Positions 47,834 through 57,491 of a DNA stretch of 64,000 nt are shown piece after piece. Made by a program: the position numbers and the translations under genes. How positions within the stretch are numbered: position 1 is the stretch's first letter; every line of letters starts with the position of its first letter. The stretch covers positions 275,899-339,898 of the IMG/VR virus record IMGVR_UViG_3300028666_000022, one strand, 5' to 3'. Below the pieces are notes generated by a model. The model was not told the DNA's origin, made no database searches, and saw only the letters and a list, made by a program, of their open reading frames with translations.

Positions 47834-49876
47834 TTAACTCCCTTTTAATCCTTTAAATAACCATGAATTAGCTATATATGGATTTAATGATGAATTACTA
47901 TTAGGTGAAATCATTGGCCTGTTCTTAACATCACTTTTTTTACCAATTTCATCAATATCGTTTATTGTTAATATTGCGTTTAACATTTTTTCAGTTACCC
48001 CTTTACTTTCTTTATATTTTTTCATGTCAAAATTAAGTACATAAAGACCAATAGATAGACCCATGATTGAATCATCATGAAAGCTACGTTTATGATCTGC
48101 AACACGATTTCCAGCAACAGTAATGAATGTTTTTAACTCATTTAATAATCTTATTGATCTAATTACAACATTATCTAAATTTATTGAACTTTGTAATTCA
48201 AGAAGCACAGAAGCTCTATTATTCCCAATAAAAAATCCCGGAATTAAATCAACAATACTTATATTACCATCTCCCATTGCTTTTCTTCCTGTTTTAATAT
48301 AACCACTTAACCTATCTCTGGTTGGTTTATGATTAATTTCAGCATAATGAATATTTTCATAACCAATTTCAATTAGCTTTTCAACTGTTTGTGCTCCAAG
48401 ACCTCCTGTTACATCAATAACAGCATAAGCATCATTATATGTTTTTCCATAGTGATATGCAACCTCGGCCAACATTTGTGGTGTTAATTTTCCATAATAT
48501 TCTGCAACTTGTTCGGTCTTATGTCTCTTTTGTTTGAATTTTTTTACTTTTCCATTTATTGTTTTTACTTTATCCTCAATAATTTCAATTGTTTTTAAAA
48601 TATTTATTGTCGAACTATCTTCTCCATGTCCTGATGATACATCAATCGACATTATATATTCTTCACCCTGTTGTGGATCTTCCCATATCCACATGTTTTT
48701 ATCTAAATACTCTTGTCTTATTGGTGTTTTCACCTCATTTTCTTGTATCCTTTTTAGAAATTCTTCTGAAATAAAATTATCTCCTGAACCCAAAAACGAA
48801 CAAAGCACCTCCTGCGCAATAACCTTCATGTTACCGTTAGCATCACGAACTTGTTCTTCAAACCAAGGTGAGCTAGCTTCCCACCCGTCATCCATTAGTT
48901 TTATTCTATGTTCTTTTGTCCAATTCTCATCAACAAATTTTATTTCATTTTGTTTACCTTTATTTTTTAACCAACATAATTCTTTATTATAGCGAGGATC
49001 ATTAAACCACCATAATTCAACCGCCTTAAAATTATTTTCACCTTTTCTAGCACCATCAAAAGTCTTATAGAATACGGGATCTAATGAATTTGGGGTTGAA
49101 ACCATAATTGCACTACCACCAGTATTTAATGTTGGTTTTGCTGATGTCCAAAACTTATCGTTTTTGTCAACCCATGCTACCTCGTCCCAGAACAATAAAG
49201 TTGGCGAATACCCACGAAGTCCTTTAGATGAAAAGGCTCCAAGAGTTGAACCATTATCATATCTTTTTAATTTTTGAGTATCTTTATATTTTTCGTTTGT
49301 TTCTTTTCCAGTTTTTGGCCTTAACCATTCTGGACAACCATCAATAAAATTAACTACATCATTCATTACTTCATCACGTGCAGTATCAAGTTTATCTGCA
49401 ACAATTGCAACACTTCTGTTTTTATTGAACATAACATACCAAGAAATGAATCCTGAAGTACACGTTGAAATTCCTGCTTGTCTATATTTGTTTGCAACAA
49501 CAAACCTATTATCTAAGTATGTATTAATTAATTCTTTTTGAAAATCAAATAATTTAAATGGAACAATAAGACCAGCAGTTCCTTGAGTTTGATCAAAAAT
49601 AGTTAAATAGGTTTCAATAAAATATATTGGATTAGTAGCACAACGAATTATTTCATCCATTTGTTCAGAAATATTTAATTCGCTCGCTCTTTTTGTTACA
49701 CCATTTTTAGTAACAATAATAGCTTCAATTTTTCTTGATTTTTTTCTAGCTTCTTCAGCTAATCTTCTGGCTTCTTCTTTTTCTCGTTCTTTTTGAGCAT
49801 TATGGGGTACAACTGGAATATGTTCAGGAAATAATGATTCATTATCTTCGTCATCTAATATGTTTTTTTTAGCCAT
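47834..49876 (-). CDS. terL: Terminase large subunit (T4 gp17-like)
   Basis: KYRQAGIST Walker A, LFWDE Walker B, VSTPN, IDVSSG..DSS and HDDSIM nuclease motifs; no intein. Confidence 0.93.
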   Translation of the reverse strand: MAKKNILDDEDNESLFPEHIPVVPHNAQKEREKEEARRLAEEARKKSRKIEAIIVTKNGVTKRASELNISEQMDEIIRCATNPIYFIETYLTIFDQTQGTAGLIVPFKLFDFQKELINTYLDNRFVVANKYRQAGISTCTSGFISWYVMFNKNRSVAIVADKLDTARDEVMNDVVNFIDGCPEWLRPKTGKETNEKYKDTQKLKRYDNGSTLGAFSSKGLRGYSPTLLFWDEVAWVDKNDKFWTSAKPTLNTGGSAIMVSTPNSLDPVFYKTFDGARKGENNFKAVELWWFNDPRYNKELCWLKNKGKQNEIKFVDENWTKEHRIKLMDDGWEASSPWFEEQVRDANGNMKVIAQEVLCSFLGSGDNFISEEFLKRIQENEVKTPIRQEYLDKNMWIWEDPQQGEEYIMSIDVSSGHGEDSSTINILKTIEIIEDKVKTINGKVKKFKQKRHKTEQVAEYYGKLTPQMLAEVAYHYGKTYNDAYAVIDVTGGLGAQTVEKLIEIGYENIHYAEINHKPTRDRLSGYIKTGRKAMGDGNISIVDLIPGFFIGNNRASVLLELQSSINLDNVVIRSIRLLNELKTFITVAGNRVADHKRSFHDDSIMGLSIGLYVLNFDMKKYKESKGVTEKMLNAILTINDIDEIGKKSDVKNRPMISPNSNSSLNPYIANSWLFKGLKGS

Positions 49877-49918
49877 TTATAATAAATTATATTTTATTAT
49901 AAATACTAAAAATATAAT

Positions 49919-49948
49919 AAAAAAGCCACTAAAATTAATTAGTAGCTT
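49919..49948 (-). terminator. Rho-independent terminator
   Basis: aagccactaa-aattaa-ttagtagctt with U tract on minus strand. Confidence 0.7.
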
Positions 49949-49965
49949 AAAATAAACTTATTTAC

Positions 49966-50043
49966 AAAACCGCAAAGTCCGGTACATTTCTTGATGCATC
50001 GGACTTCGAAACTTATCATCCAAATATGGTAAGATTAGCACAC
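49966..50043. other. Two-stem structured intergenic element of unknown function
   Basis: aagtccggtacat...atgcatcggactt and cttatca...tggtaag stems; GC-richer than background. Confidence 0.4.
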
Positions 50044-50049
50044 ATATTT

Positions 50050-50529
50050 TTATCCTAATTTAATTGATGAACTTTCAATAAATTCATTGTTTTTTAATAT
50101 AATTTTTCTTGCATATAATAGATCTTTAATCCTAGCTAGAGTCATTCCATAGTGGAAAACCAATAAAGGAACATCTTCACCTTCCATCATTTTTTCATAC
50201 TGATTAAAACCATTATCATCATCACTAATTAGCTCTGTCTCATAGGCTAGTGCATTTATAGTATGATACCCGAAAATATATGGATTGATAACGTCTTCCA
50301 TTAAGCATTGTAGATTAAATGATTTCGTTTTTAAACTAATCACAGCATCATAATAATCCTCTGTTGGTGGTAAAGCATTATCACAAGCAGGAGCAAGATT
50401 CCAACACCATGTTTCAACATCTATATTTGTTTCATCTTTAGAAAAGATAAATTCATATAATCCCTCATCTTTAATATTATATCCAACTTTCAATACAAAT
50501 ATCAGTTTAAGATCCTTATCGTTTTCCAT
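50050..50529 (-). CDS. Hypothetical late protein upstream of terminase
   Basis: 159 aa; late motif 50543-50551. Confidence 0.6.
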   Translation of the reverse strand: MENDKDLKLIFVLKVGYNIKDEGLYEFIFSKDETNIDVETWCWNLAPACDNALPPTEDYYDAVISLKTKSFNLQCLMEDVINPYIFGYHTINALAYETELISDDDNGFNQYEKMMEGEDVPLLVFHYGMTLARIKDLLYARKIILKNNEFIESSSIKLG

Positions 50530-50567
50530 TTTTATAATTTATTATAAATACTTATAATAGTAAAAGA

Positions 50568-50720
50568 TTAGCGTAATTCATCAAGAAACATAAAATCAAA
50601 CTCTATATTATATGTATTTAATAATGTATTAGTTAATTCTAACCATAAAGTTTCATTAATATGTTTTATTTTAGAAAATTCATTAAATCGTAAATCATTA
50701 TACATTTCAATATTTTTCAT
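50568..50720 (-). CDS. MKN-type mini-protein A (50 aa)
   Basis: MKNIEMYNDLRFNEF...LWLEL...LDELR*. Confidence 0.55.
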   Translation of the reverse strand: MKNIEMYNDLRFNEFSKIKHINETLWLELTNTLLNTYNIEFDFMFLDELR

Positions 50721-50881
50721 AATAATTCATTATTTAATACGCTTAATTCAAAGTCTAATTCATTGCGTAATTCAGTAAATAACATATGATTTATTAAATT
50801 ATATAAAATTAATTCAAAATTATCATCTATATTTAGAAATATGCCAATTTGTAATTCTTTAGTTGTTTCAATATTTTTCAT
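50717..50881 (-). CDS. MKN-type mini-protein B (54 aa)
   Basis: MKNIETTKEL...ELRNELDFELSVLNNELL*; ATGA overlaps at both ends. Confidence 0.6.
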   Translation of the reverse strand: MKNIETTKELQIGIFLNIDDNFELILYNLINHMLFTELRNELDFELSVLNNELL

Positions 50882-51129
50882 AATAATTCGTTAAATAAAT
50901 TTGAATCTATTTCGCCTAATTCGAGATATTTTTCTATATCAATAGTATTTAATATTTCAAAATCTGATAATTCAAATAATATTTTTTTATTAAATTCGCT
51001 AAAAAATTCAAGAAATAATTTTTTATCTAAAATTTTTTCTAAATCATTATTAAACGAATTAAATAAATTATTTCTAATCATAGAAAATAAAATAGGTGAT
51101 ATATCATCATGAAGATCAATATTTTTCAT
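50878..51129 (-). CDS. MKN-type mini-protein C (83 aa)
   Basis: MKNIDLHDD...LFNELL*. Confidence 0.6.
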   Translation of the reverse strand: MKNIDLHDDISPILFSMIRNNLFNSFNNDLEKILDKKLFLEFFSEFNKKILFELSDFEILNTIDIEKYLELGEIDSNLFNELL

Positions 51130-51142
51130 TTAAATTTATTGG

Positions 51143-51304
51143 TTATTTATTATTTAATTCACTATATAAACTTATATCTAAATTTCTCATTTCAAGATAT
51201 ATACTTATATCTCTAAAATCTTGTAATGCTTCACTATATAATTTATTATAAAACATGTCATATAGTTTAGTGTCTAAAACATCTTCTCTTTCAATATTTT
51301 TCAT
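51143..51304 (-). CDS. MKN-type mini-protein D (53 aa)
   Basis: MKNIEREDVL...LYSELNNK*. Confidence 0.55.
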   Translation of the reverse strand: MKNIEREDVLDTKLYDMFYNKLYSEALQDFRDISIYLEMRNLDISLYSELNNK

Positions 51305-51307
51305 AAA

Positions 51308-51475
51308 TTATATGTCTAAAATATTTCTCAATTCAACACCTAATTCTAAACATAGTTCAGAATGGGATTCAAAAAATATTTTATCGTTTATTTCATCATA
51401 TAAATCATTAGTTAATATATTTCGAAAGGGAGTAATTATTACTTGTTTTGATAATCTATTTAATTCATTTTTCAT
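51308..51475 (-). CDS. MKN-type mini-protein E (55 aa)
   Basis: MKNELNRL...ELCLELGVELRNILDI*. Confidence 0.55.
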   Translation of the reverse strand: MKNELNRLSKQVIITPFRNILTNDLYDEINDKIFFESHSELCLELGVELRNILDI

Positions 51476-51897
51476 TAATTTACCTCCATTTCAAAGCCAT
51501 TAATTTCTTTTATTTTATTTAAAACAATATCTAGGCATATTTCATATTGTTTTAGTGTTATCTTTTCATGTTTTCTAAAAATCATATAAATAAATTGAAA
51601 TATTATTGATACTCCAACAAAACTTAATGATAAAATCAAACTATGTATTATGATTGTAAATATACTAAAAAAAATTAGTATATAACTAAGGTTTTGAAAT
51701 AAATTTTTCCATGAAAAAATAACATTTAGATAATCATCAAAATAATTTATTAATAATTTTCTATATTCTAACCAATTTGAATTTTTAAAATCATTTTTGG
51801 TGTCTTGTGCAATGAAAAAAAGATTTATTTCATTTTCTTTTGAACCACCAATATAGGTTCTAAAATATTTATATTTATTGAATGTTCGATTAATCAT
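51475..51897 (-). CDS. 2-TM membrane protein
   Basis: Two hydrophobic helices; first gene after ECF-like promoter. Confidence 0.55.
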   Translation of the reverse strand: MINRTFNKYKYFRTYIGGSKENEINLFFIAQDTKNDFKNSNWLEYRKLLINYFDDYLNVIFSWKNLFQNLSYILIFFSIFTIIIHSLILSLSFVGVSIIFQFIYMIFRKHEKITLKQYEICLDIVLNKIKEINGFEMEVN

Positions 51898-51945
51898 GAT
51901 ATTTAAATTAAACTTATTATAAAAACCATTTTATCACATTAATAA

Positions 51946-51971
51946 TACGAATATTTAAATATTTTGTTACA
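51946..51971 (-). promoter_or_regulatory. ECF-like promoter TGTAAC-N16-CGTA
   Basis: gttaca 51966-51971 and tacg 51946-51949 on plus strand. Confidence 0.6.
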
Positions 51972-51999
51972 TAAAAAAGCCTGAAATTAATCAGGCTTT
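51972..51999 (-). terminator. Rho-independent terminator
   Basis: aaagcctga-aattaa-tcaggcttt. Confidence 0.75.
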
Positions 52000-52030
52000 A
52001 AAATATTTGTTTAAATCTTGTAACTACTTG

Positions 52031-54502
52031 TTATACACCACCTAAACCAAAACTCCCATTAGTTCCTCCTGCCCCAAAATTTGATTTTGTTGTTTTATCT
52101 TTCAATGATTGTGGAGCATAAGTAACTGTTTTATTATCTGGAGCAAGTCTTAATGTACCTCCACCTAATTCAACATATTTTTTCAATATGTCATATTTAA
52201 CATTAATTGGAGTTGTTTTAGCTGCTCTACCAATTATACCCATTTGAGGATTGATTAAAATCGTATTAAAAGCTGAATTAAATAATTTATCTACTTCTGC
52301 AGCATTGTTAGGGTCTAATTTAGAAAATTTTTCTTTTACACTAAATCCGAAAACTTCATTAATTTTTTCAGATTTTTTTGATTTTGCAACATTTTCATAT
52401 TGTTTAAATTGTTTGTCGATTATTTCATCAAGTTTTTTTAATGTTTTAGATTTTGTACTTTCATTAATAACTGATTTTTTACCATTTACTTTTTCTTCAA
52501 GTCTTGCACGAATATATTTTCTTACTCTAGTTTCTGATTCATCCATATTTTCATCAACTTCGTTTTGATCTTCAGAAGGAGATATTGTAACATTAGTTGC
52601 TCCATCACCTGCCCCTCCTGTAACTGTAACATTACCTTGGGTATATGCTTTTGTTGATGTCTTCGTAGATGTTTTTGACGCAGTAGATGTTTTAGCAACA
52701 TCACCTTTCTTTTCTTTAGTTGATCCAGATGATGGTTTATCTTCATTTTCATTCATAGCAATATTAACAACTTTGTTTTGTGCATCAACATTTATATCAA
52801 CACCAGTTGTAGAAGTTGGTTCAATTGTATTAACACCTAAATTTTGTGCATCTGGAGCAAATCCTGATTCTGGTGTTTCTTCACTAGTTTCAATTTCTTC
52901 TTCATCTTCTTTAATCATATTTGGTTGAACTTCAACATTTGCAGCATCTACCATTCCAGCTTCTGCAACTGCTGATTTAAATTTACTTAAGTCTGCCGTA
53001 CCCTTAGAACCAACCTGATTTTTTATTGTGGTTAAAATACTATTGATATTAATTGGTTGTTCACCAGCCTTTGTTGCGGCAATATTTAATTTGTTTAATG
53101 TTTGTCCTAATTCAGCAGCTAATTTTTCTAATTCTTTAACTGCAGTATCTTTAACACCTTTTTGATAATTTTGTGTTATTTCAGTACCTAATTGTTGTAA
53201 ACCTGATGTTACACTATTAACTTTACTTGAAACAGCATTTGAAATGCCTTGTGCAGCACCTTTAACTGCTCCACCAATCTTATTTCCTAACATTTTCCCA
53301 ACGTTACCAACACCACCCCAATTAAGTTCGTTGATTTTATCTAATTTATCTTCATAAGAAGCTTCATTCATTGATTGAGTGTATGGTGTTAATTTTTCTG
53401 CATATTCATCATGACCATAATCATTTTTTAATGAATCAATAATTTCGGGAGTAATGAAAATAGCAACAGTTTCCAAATCACCATCATTCATTCCATCATT
53501 ATGTGCATTAGCATAACCACTTACAAGATTACCCATTTCTTCATCACCACATTCGGCAATACTTTCTTTTGTGTATCCTCTTGATTCTGCATATTGTGTA
53601 AATCCACCACACTCGGCACATAATTCTTTACTTTCTTCAACTTCTTCTGCTGGCATACTAGATTCTAAATCATTAATATCTTCTTGACCAACAACTTTAA
53701 GTATTTTATTAGCCATTGCTTTTCTATCTTCAATTTCAATTTCTGGAAATTTATCTTTGAATGAAGCTAAAAATGAATTTACATATGATTTAACTTGAGA
53801 ATCAGTCATTTTTGTTTTTCTGATTTTATCTGTTAATTTACCAACAGATTTTTCGATTTCTTTATTAGGTTCATCAACTTCAACACCTGCATCTGCTGGA
53901 ACTTCTTCAGTTGATTCTTCTCCTTCTGGATTTTCTTCACCAGTTTCTAGTTCAGGTTTTTCTTCTGGGACTTCAGATGTTTCTGGTTCTTCGGCAGGTA
54001 CTTCTTCACCAGTTTCTGTTGGTAGTTCCTCTGTTGAAGGTTCTTCGATTTCTGGTGTTTCTTCAGCACTTGCTGCTGCATCTAAATCACCGATTTTTTC
54101 ACTAGCAGCAGCAATTTCTTTTCCTGCAACATCTTCTGTTAACACCATTTTACTACCAGTTTTATTTGGTTTTAAACCAACTGCTTCATTAATGGTATGA
54201 AACATCATATTTCTTTGTTTATCTGCTTCAGATAAAGATGTATATTGATATGAAGTAATATTTTCTAATCCACCAATATAGGCAAAATCAGATACATTAG
54301 GATCTTGTTTAGTACCAGCTTTTTTAATATAATAATTATGATTTTCTTTTATAATACCATAAGCAACACCATCAGCAGCTCTTTTATAATCAATAAGATT
54401 ACCTAATGTACGTGTTAATGATTCTTTAACTGAGGTTTTATTTACATTACCTAAATTTCTTAATCTTTCGTAATATGCCTCTTGCGATGTATGTTTTTTC
54501 AT
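52031..54502 (-). CDS. Large acidic protein, probable internal head/prohead-core protein
   Basis: 823 aa; E/P-rich linkers; many (I/L/V/M)xE sites; late motif 54545-54553. Confidence 0.55.
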   Translation of the reverse strand: MKKHTSQEAYYERLRNLGNVNKTSVKESLTRTLGNLIDYKRAADGVAYGIIKENHNYYIKKAGTKQDPNVSDFAYIGGLENITSYQYTSLSEADKQRNMMFHTINEAVGLKPNKTGSKMVLTEDVAGKEIAAASEKIGDLDAAASAEETPEIEEPSTEELPTETGEEVPAEEPETSEVPEEKPELETGEENPEGEESTEEVPADAGVEVDEPNKEIEKSVGKLTDKIRKTKMTDSQVKSYVNSFLASFKDKFPEIEIEDRKAMANKILKVVGQEDINDLESSMPAEEVEESKELCAECGGFTQYAESRGYTKESIAECGDEEMGNLVSGYANAHNDGMNDGDLETVAIFITPEIIDSLKNDYGHDEYAEKLTPYTQSMNEASYEDKLDKINELNWGGVGNVGKMLGNKIGGAVKGAAQGISNAVSSKVNSVTSGLQQLGTEITQNYQKGVKDTAVKELEKLAAELGQTLNKLNIAATKAGEQPININSILTTIKNQVGSKGTADLSKFKSAVAEAGMVDAANVEVQPNMIKEDEEEIETSEETPESGFAPDAQNLGVNTIEPTSTTGVDINVDAQNKVVNIAMNENEDKPSSGSTKEKKGDVAKTSTASKTSTKTSTKAYTQGNVTVTGGAGDGATNVTISPSEDQNEVDENMDESETRVRKYIRARLEEKVNGKKSVINESTKSKTLKKLDEIIDKQFKQYENVAKSKKSEKINEVFGFSVKEKFSKLDPNNAAEVDKLFNSAFNTILINPQMGIIGRAAKTTPINVKYDILKKYVELGGGTLRLAPDNKTVTYAPQSLKDKTTKSNFGAGGTNGSFGLGGV

Positions 54503-54580
54503 TTTTATGTTTTTAAGATATACGTTATTTACTTTATATTTTTTTATAAATACTTAATTTTTATATAAAATCTATTTCTT

Positions 54581-54829
54581 TTATAATATTTCATATTTTT
54601 CATTAATTATATTATGCTTAACAAGCATTTCAGAAATTTTGGGTGTTAGTAAACCTTTTGTATTATATGTATCAATAATTGTTTGGTTAGCTTTCTTAAT
54701 TGAAATATTCTCATTTAAAAATTTACTGTTTTTGTATAATTTCTCTAATATTTCATAGAAAATCTTTTCAGATTTTTTGTTTTCTACGAATTCTTTTAAT
54801 TGAGATTCTTTTAATATGAATTTTTTCAT
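54581..54829 (-). CDS. Small probable head protein
   Basis: MKKFILKESQLKEFVE leader. Confidence 0.5.
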   Translation of the reverse strand: MKKFILKESQLKEFVENKKSEKIFYEILEKLYKNSKFLNENISIKKANQTIIDTYNTKGLLTPKISEMLVKHNIINEKYEIL

Positions 54830-54842
54830 GTATAATAAGGTA

Positions 54843-55655
54843 TTATTTATTTTCGAATTCTTTTAGAGTTAATTCTTTAGTTAAATACTCATTTTTCATA
54901 TTAATGAGTTTTTCCATATATCCAGTGTTTCTTAATATTTTAAAAACAATATTTTCTGTTGAAAATTCACCAGATTTATCTAAACCAGTTTGTCTATATT
55001 TTTTTATTTTATTTTTTAATTGCTCATATTTTTTTATGAAATTCTCATCGCTTTTATTAGTTTCAAGTTCATCAATAGAGTTTATTAAATCAGCAGCTTT
55101 TAGTTGAACATTAGCCATATCAATATTTATAATTTTTTTGATTGGTTTTCTAATCCACTCGTTTTTTATTAGTGAATATATTCCTGAAGAATGATGAGGT
55201 TCATTAACATCTTGAAAATATAATTCAACATCATGACCTTTTACTTGTATTGGTAATTTATCTGCCCATAATTGTTTTTTTAATTTAAAGAAATCGCCAA
55301 CAAAATCCTTATTTTCAGAAATTTGATTAAAATCTAAAATAATGTGTACGTCTAAATCAGAATTTTCATTATAATTATAATTAGCTAAGCTTCCTGTTAA
55401 TACAATATCACTAAATTTAAGATTTTCAATATCAGAGAATTCAATAAATCTTTTGGCATTTTTTAATAAAATTTTTCTTATTTCTGGTTTCATTTTATCT
55501 TCGGATTCCCAAATAAGTGGATTTAATACATCATTCATTTTAATTGATGACACATCAACAGCATCTGGTTCAATTACTTCCTTTAGAATATCAGAAATAT
55601 GATTTTTTTTCCAAAATTTAGAAGACCATTTTCTTGGATTATTATTTTCAACCAT
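54843..55655 (-). CDS. Pol-beta superfamily nucleotidyltransferase under the late motif
   Basis: LTGSLANYNYNENSDLDVH and VELY motifs; late motif 55675-55683. Confidence 0.8.
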   Translation of the reverse strand: MVENNNPRKWSSKFWKKNHISDILKEVIEPDAVDVSSIKMNDVLNPLIWESEDKMKPEIRKILLKNAKRFIEFSDIENLKFSDIVLTGSLANYNYNENSDLDVHIILDFNQISENKDFVGDFFKLKKQLWADKLPIQVKGHDVELYFQDVNEPHHSSGIYSLIKNEWIRKPIKKIINIDMANVQLKAADLINSIDELETNKSDENFIKKYEQLKNKIKKYRQTGLDKSGEFSTENIVFKILRNTGYMEKLINMKNEYLTKELTLKEFENK

Positions 55656-55775
55656 GTTAAATTTTAATGTTTTATATAAATACTATTGATGTGTTAATGA
55701 AATAAATTTTTATTTAACATAAATAGTTTATGATTATTGTTAATAATTAGTATTTATGTTAAATTAATACCTAAA

Positions 55776-57488
55776 ATGAGTTTTGATTGTTCGAATACTA
55801 TAATTACCGATCATTTAGCTATAAATATTGATTTAAACGATAGCAATTCATGGAATTACAATACTGGATTTACTGTAACTAGTTTAAGTAAATGGAATGA
55901 ATCAAAATCTGATGATTTAGTACTTCCTGATTTTGGTTTAACCGCTTATGATAATGGTAGATTGAATAATATGACTAGTGGTTTAACATTAACTAGAAAT
56001 AATAATCAATTAAATCTTTATCGAGTTGGTAATAATAATGCTAGTGGTCAAACATCATTTAGTGGATATACGATAACACAATTTACTGGTACTTCATTAG
56101 GTAATTATTTTTATTTGAATGGTGGATATTTACAAGGATTCTTTAAATTAGAAGGATATGACTATGAAGTTTTTCCACCTAGATATAATAAAGGAATTAC
56201 AATCGAAACATTAGTTGAAATATTATCCAATTCTGAAGGTATATTTTTCTTAATAGGAACTAGAGCTGAAGATAAATATAATTCTTATTTTAGTGGTGAA
56301 ACTACAATTACTGGTCAAACTTTATTTAAAGATAGTTTAATAAAAATTAATAACCCTAATTATAAATATCGTTTTTCTGGTATAACAACATCTGAAAATC
56401 ATTATCTTGATTCATTTAATGAAAAAATAATAACCGAACAAGCATTTCGTAGACCAGAAAATAAAAATGTTATTGTAGATGCTAATGTTTTTCAAGTTGA
56501 TAATATAAAAAATAATATTATTTCATTTGAAATAACCAGTGATAAGCGAATATCATATAAATATATTGATGAAAATGGCTTATTGGTACAAAATTTTTCT
56601 CCTAACATAATTACAAAAATTGGGTGGACAATGATTGATATTGTTTTTACTCCATATGATGAAATTAATAATTTTGATTCAAAAACATATTCTTGTTATC
56701 CAAATAGATTAGGTAATTTAATTTTTTATATTAATGGTAGATTATTTTGGAAGATTGAAAATTTTAATGAATGGTATTCAAAGCCACTTCAAAACAATAG
56801 AGAAAAACAATTGGGTGTACCATTTAACATAAGTTGGGGTGGTGGTTCTTTTGGTTTACAAAATTCTTGGCATTTTAATGGTAATAAAATAAATTTATTG
56901 GTTCAAGATACTAGAAAAAATAATTTATTAATTCAAAAATATTTCAATAATTCATATATTGGAAATATTCAAAAATTGAGAATATATGATATTGCATTAA
57001 CACCAGATAAAATATTACATAACACACTTAATTTAATTAAAAATAATAAAAATTATAACATTTTAGTTAATAAAGGTGGAAGATTAATAAATCAAATACT
57101 TAGTAATAGTAATATTACACAACAAACAAGTGGTTCTGATATAAGAAAATCAATTAAATATAGAAATACTGATAACACATATAAGAATTTATTCGATATG
57201 TTAGATATTAAAGTTGTTGTAAAATCTAAATCTAATCAAAATGTTGAATTAATTAAATTTAAAAAAATTGCTGAAATAGGATGGCTTGCATTAATTTTTG
57301 TTGATGATTTTACATATGATTTTATTGTACCAGATATAATAACAGGAAGTCATGCAAATGAAGTTCTATATGCAGAAATTAAATTTCAATGGACAGATTC
57401 AGATGATATTGATAATACTTTTGACAGAATATTTATTGTTAATTTAACCACATCGGCATTATTAGACAATACAATTAAAAATTATTAA
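55776..57488 (+). CDS. Virion protein with LamG/ConA-like features
   Basis: FYINGRL, YIGNIQKLRIYDIALT; late motif 55750-55758; ATG 55776. Confidence 0.55.
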   Translation: MSFDCSNTIITDHLAINIDLNDSNSWNYNTGFTVTSLSKWNESKSDDLVLPDFGLTAYDNGRLNNMTSGLTLTRNNNQLNLYRVGNNNASGQTSFSGYTITQFTGTSLGNYFYLNGGYLQGFFKLEGYDYEVFPPRYNKGITIETLVEILSNSEGIFFLIGTRAEDKYNSYFSGETTITGQTLFKDSLIKINNPNYKYRFSGITTSENHYLDSFNEKIITEQAFRRPENKNVIVDANVFQVDNIKNNIISFEITSDKRISYKYIDENGLLVQNFSPNIITKIGWTMIDIVFTPYDEINNFDSKTYSCYPNRLGNLIFYINGRLFWKIENFNEWYSKPLQNNREKQLGVPFNISWGGGSFGLQNSWHFNGNKINLLVQDTRKNNLLIQKYFNNSYIGNIQKLRIYDIALTPDKILHNTLNLIKNNKNYNILVNKGGRLINQILSNSNITQQTSGSDIRKSIKYRNTDNTYKNLFDMLDIKVVVKSKSNQNVELIKFKKIAEIGWLALIFVDDFTYDFIVPDIITGSHANEVLYAEIKFQWTDSDDIDNTFDRIFIVNLTTSALLDNTIKNY

Positions 57489-57491
57489 TAA

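Noticed and set aside
49966-50043. tRNA, hammerhead ribozyme or c-di-GMP riboswitch
   Set aside because: No cloverleaf; no CUGANGA core or correct NUH; only a partial CGCAAAG resemblance without P1
50050-50529. Small terminase subunit call
   Set aside because: Position fits, but there are no recognisable TerS features and a terminator separates it from terL
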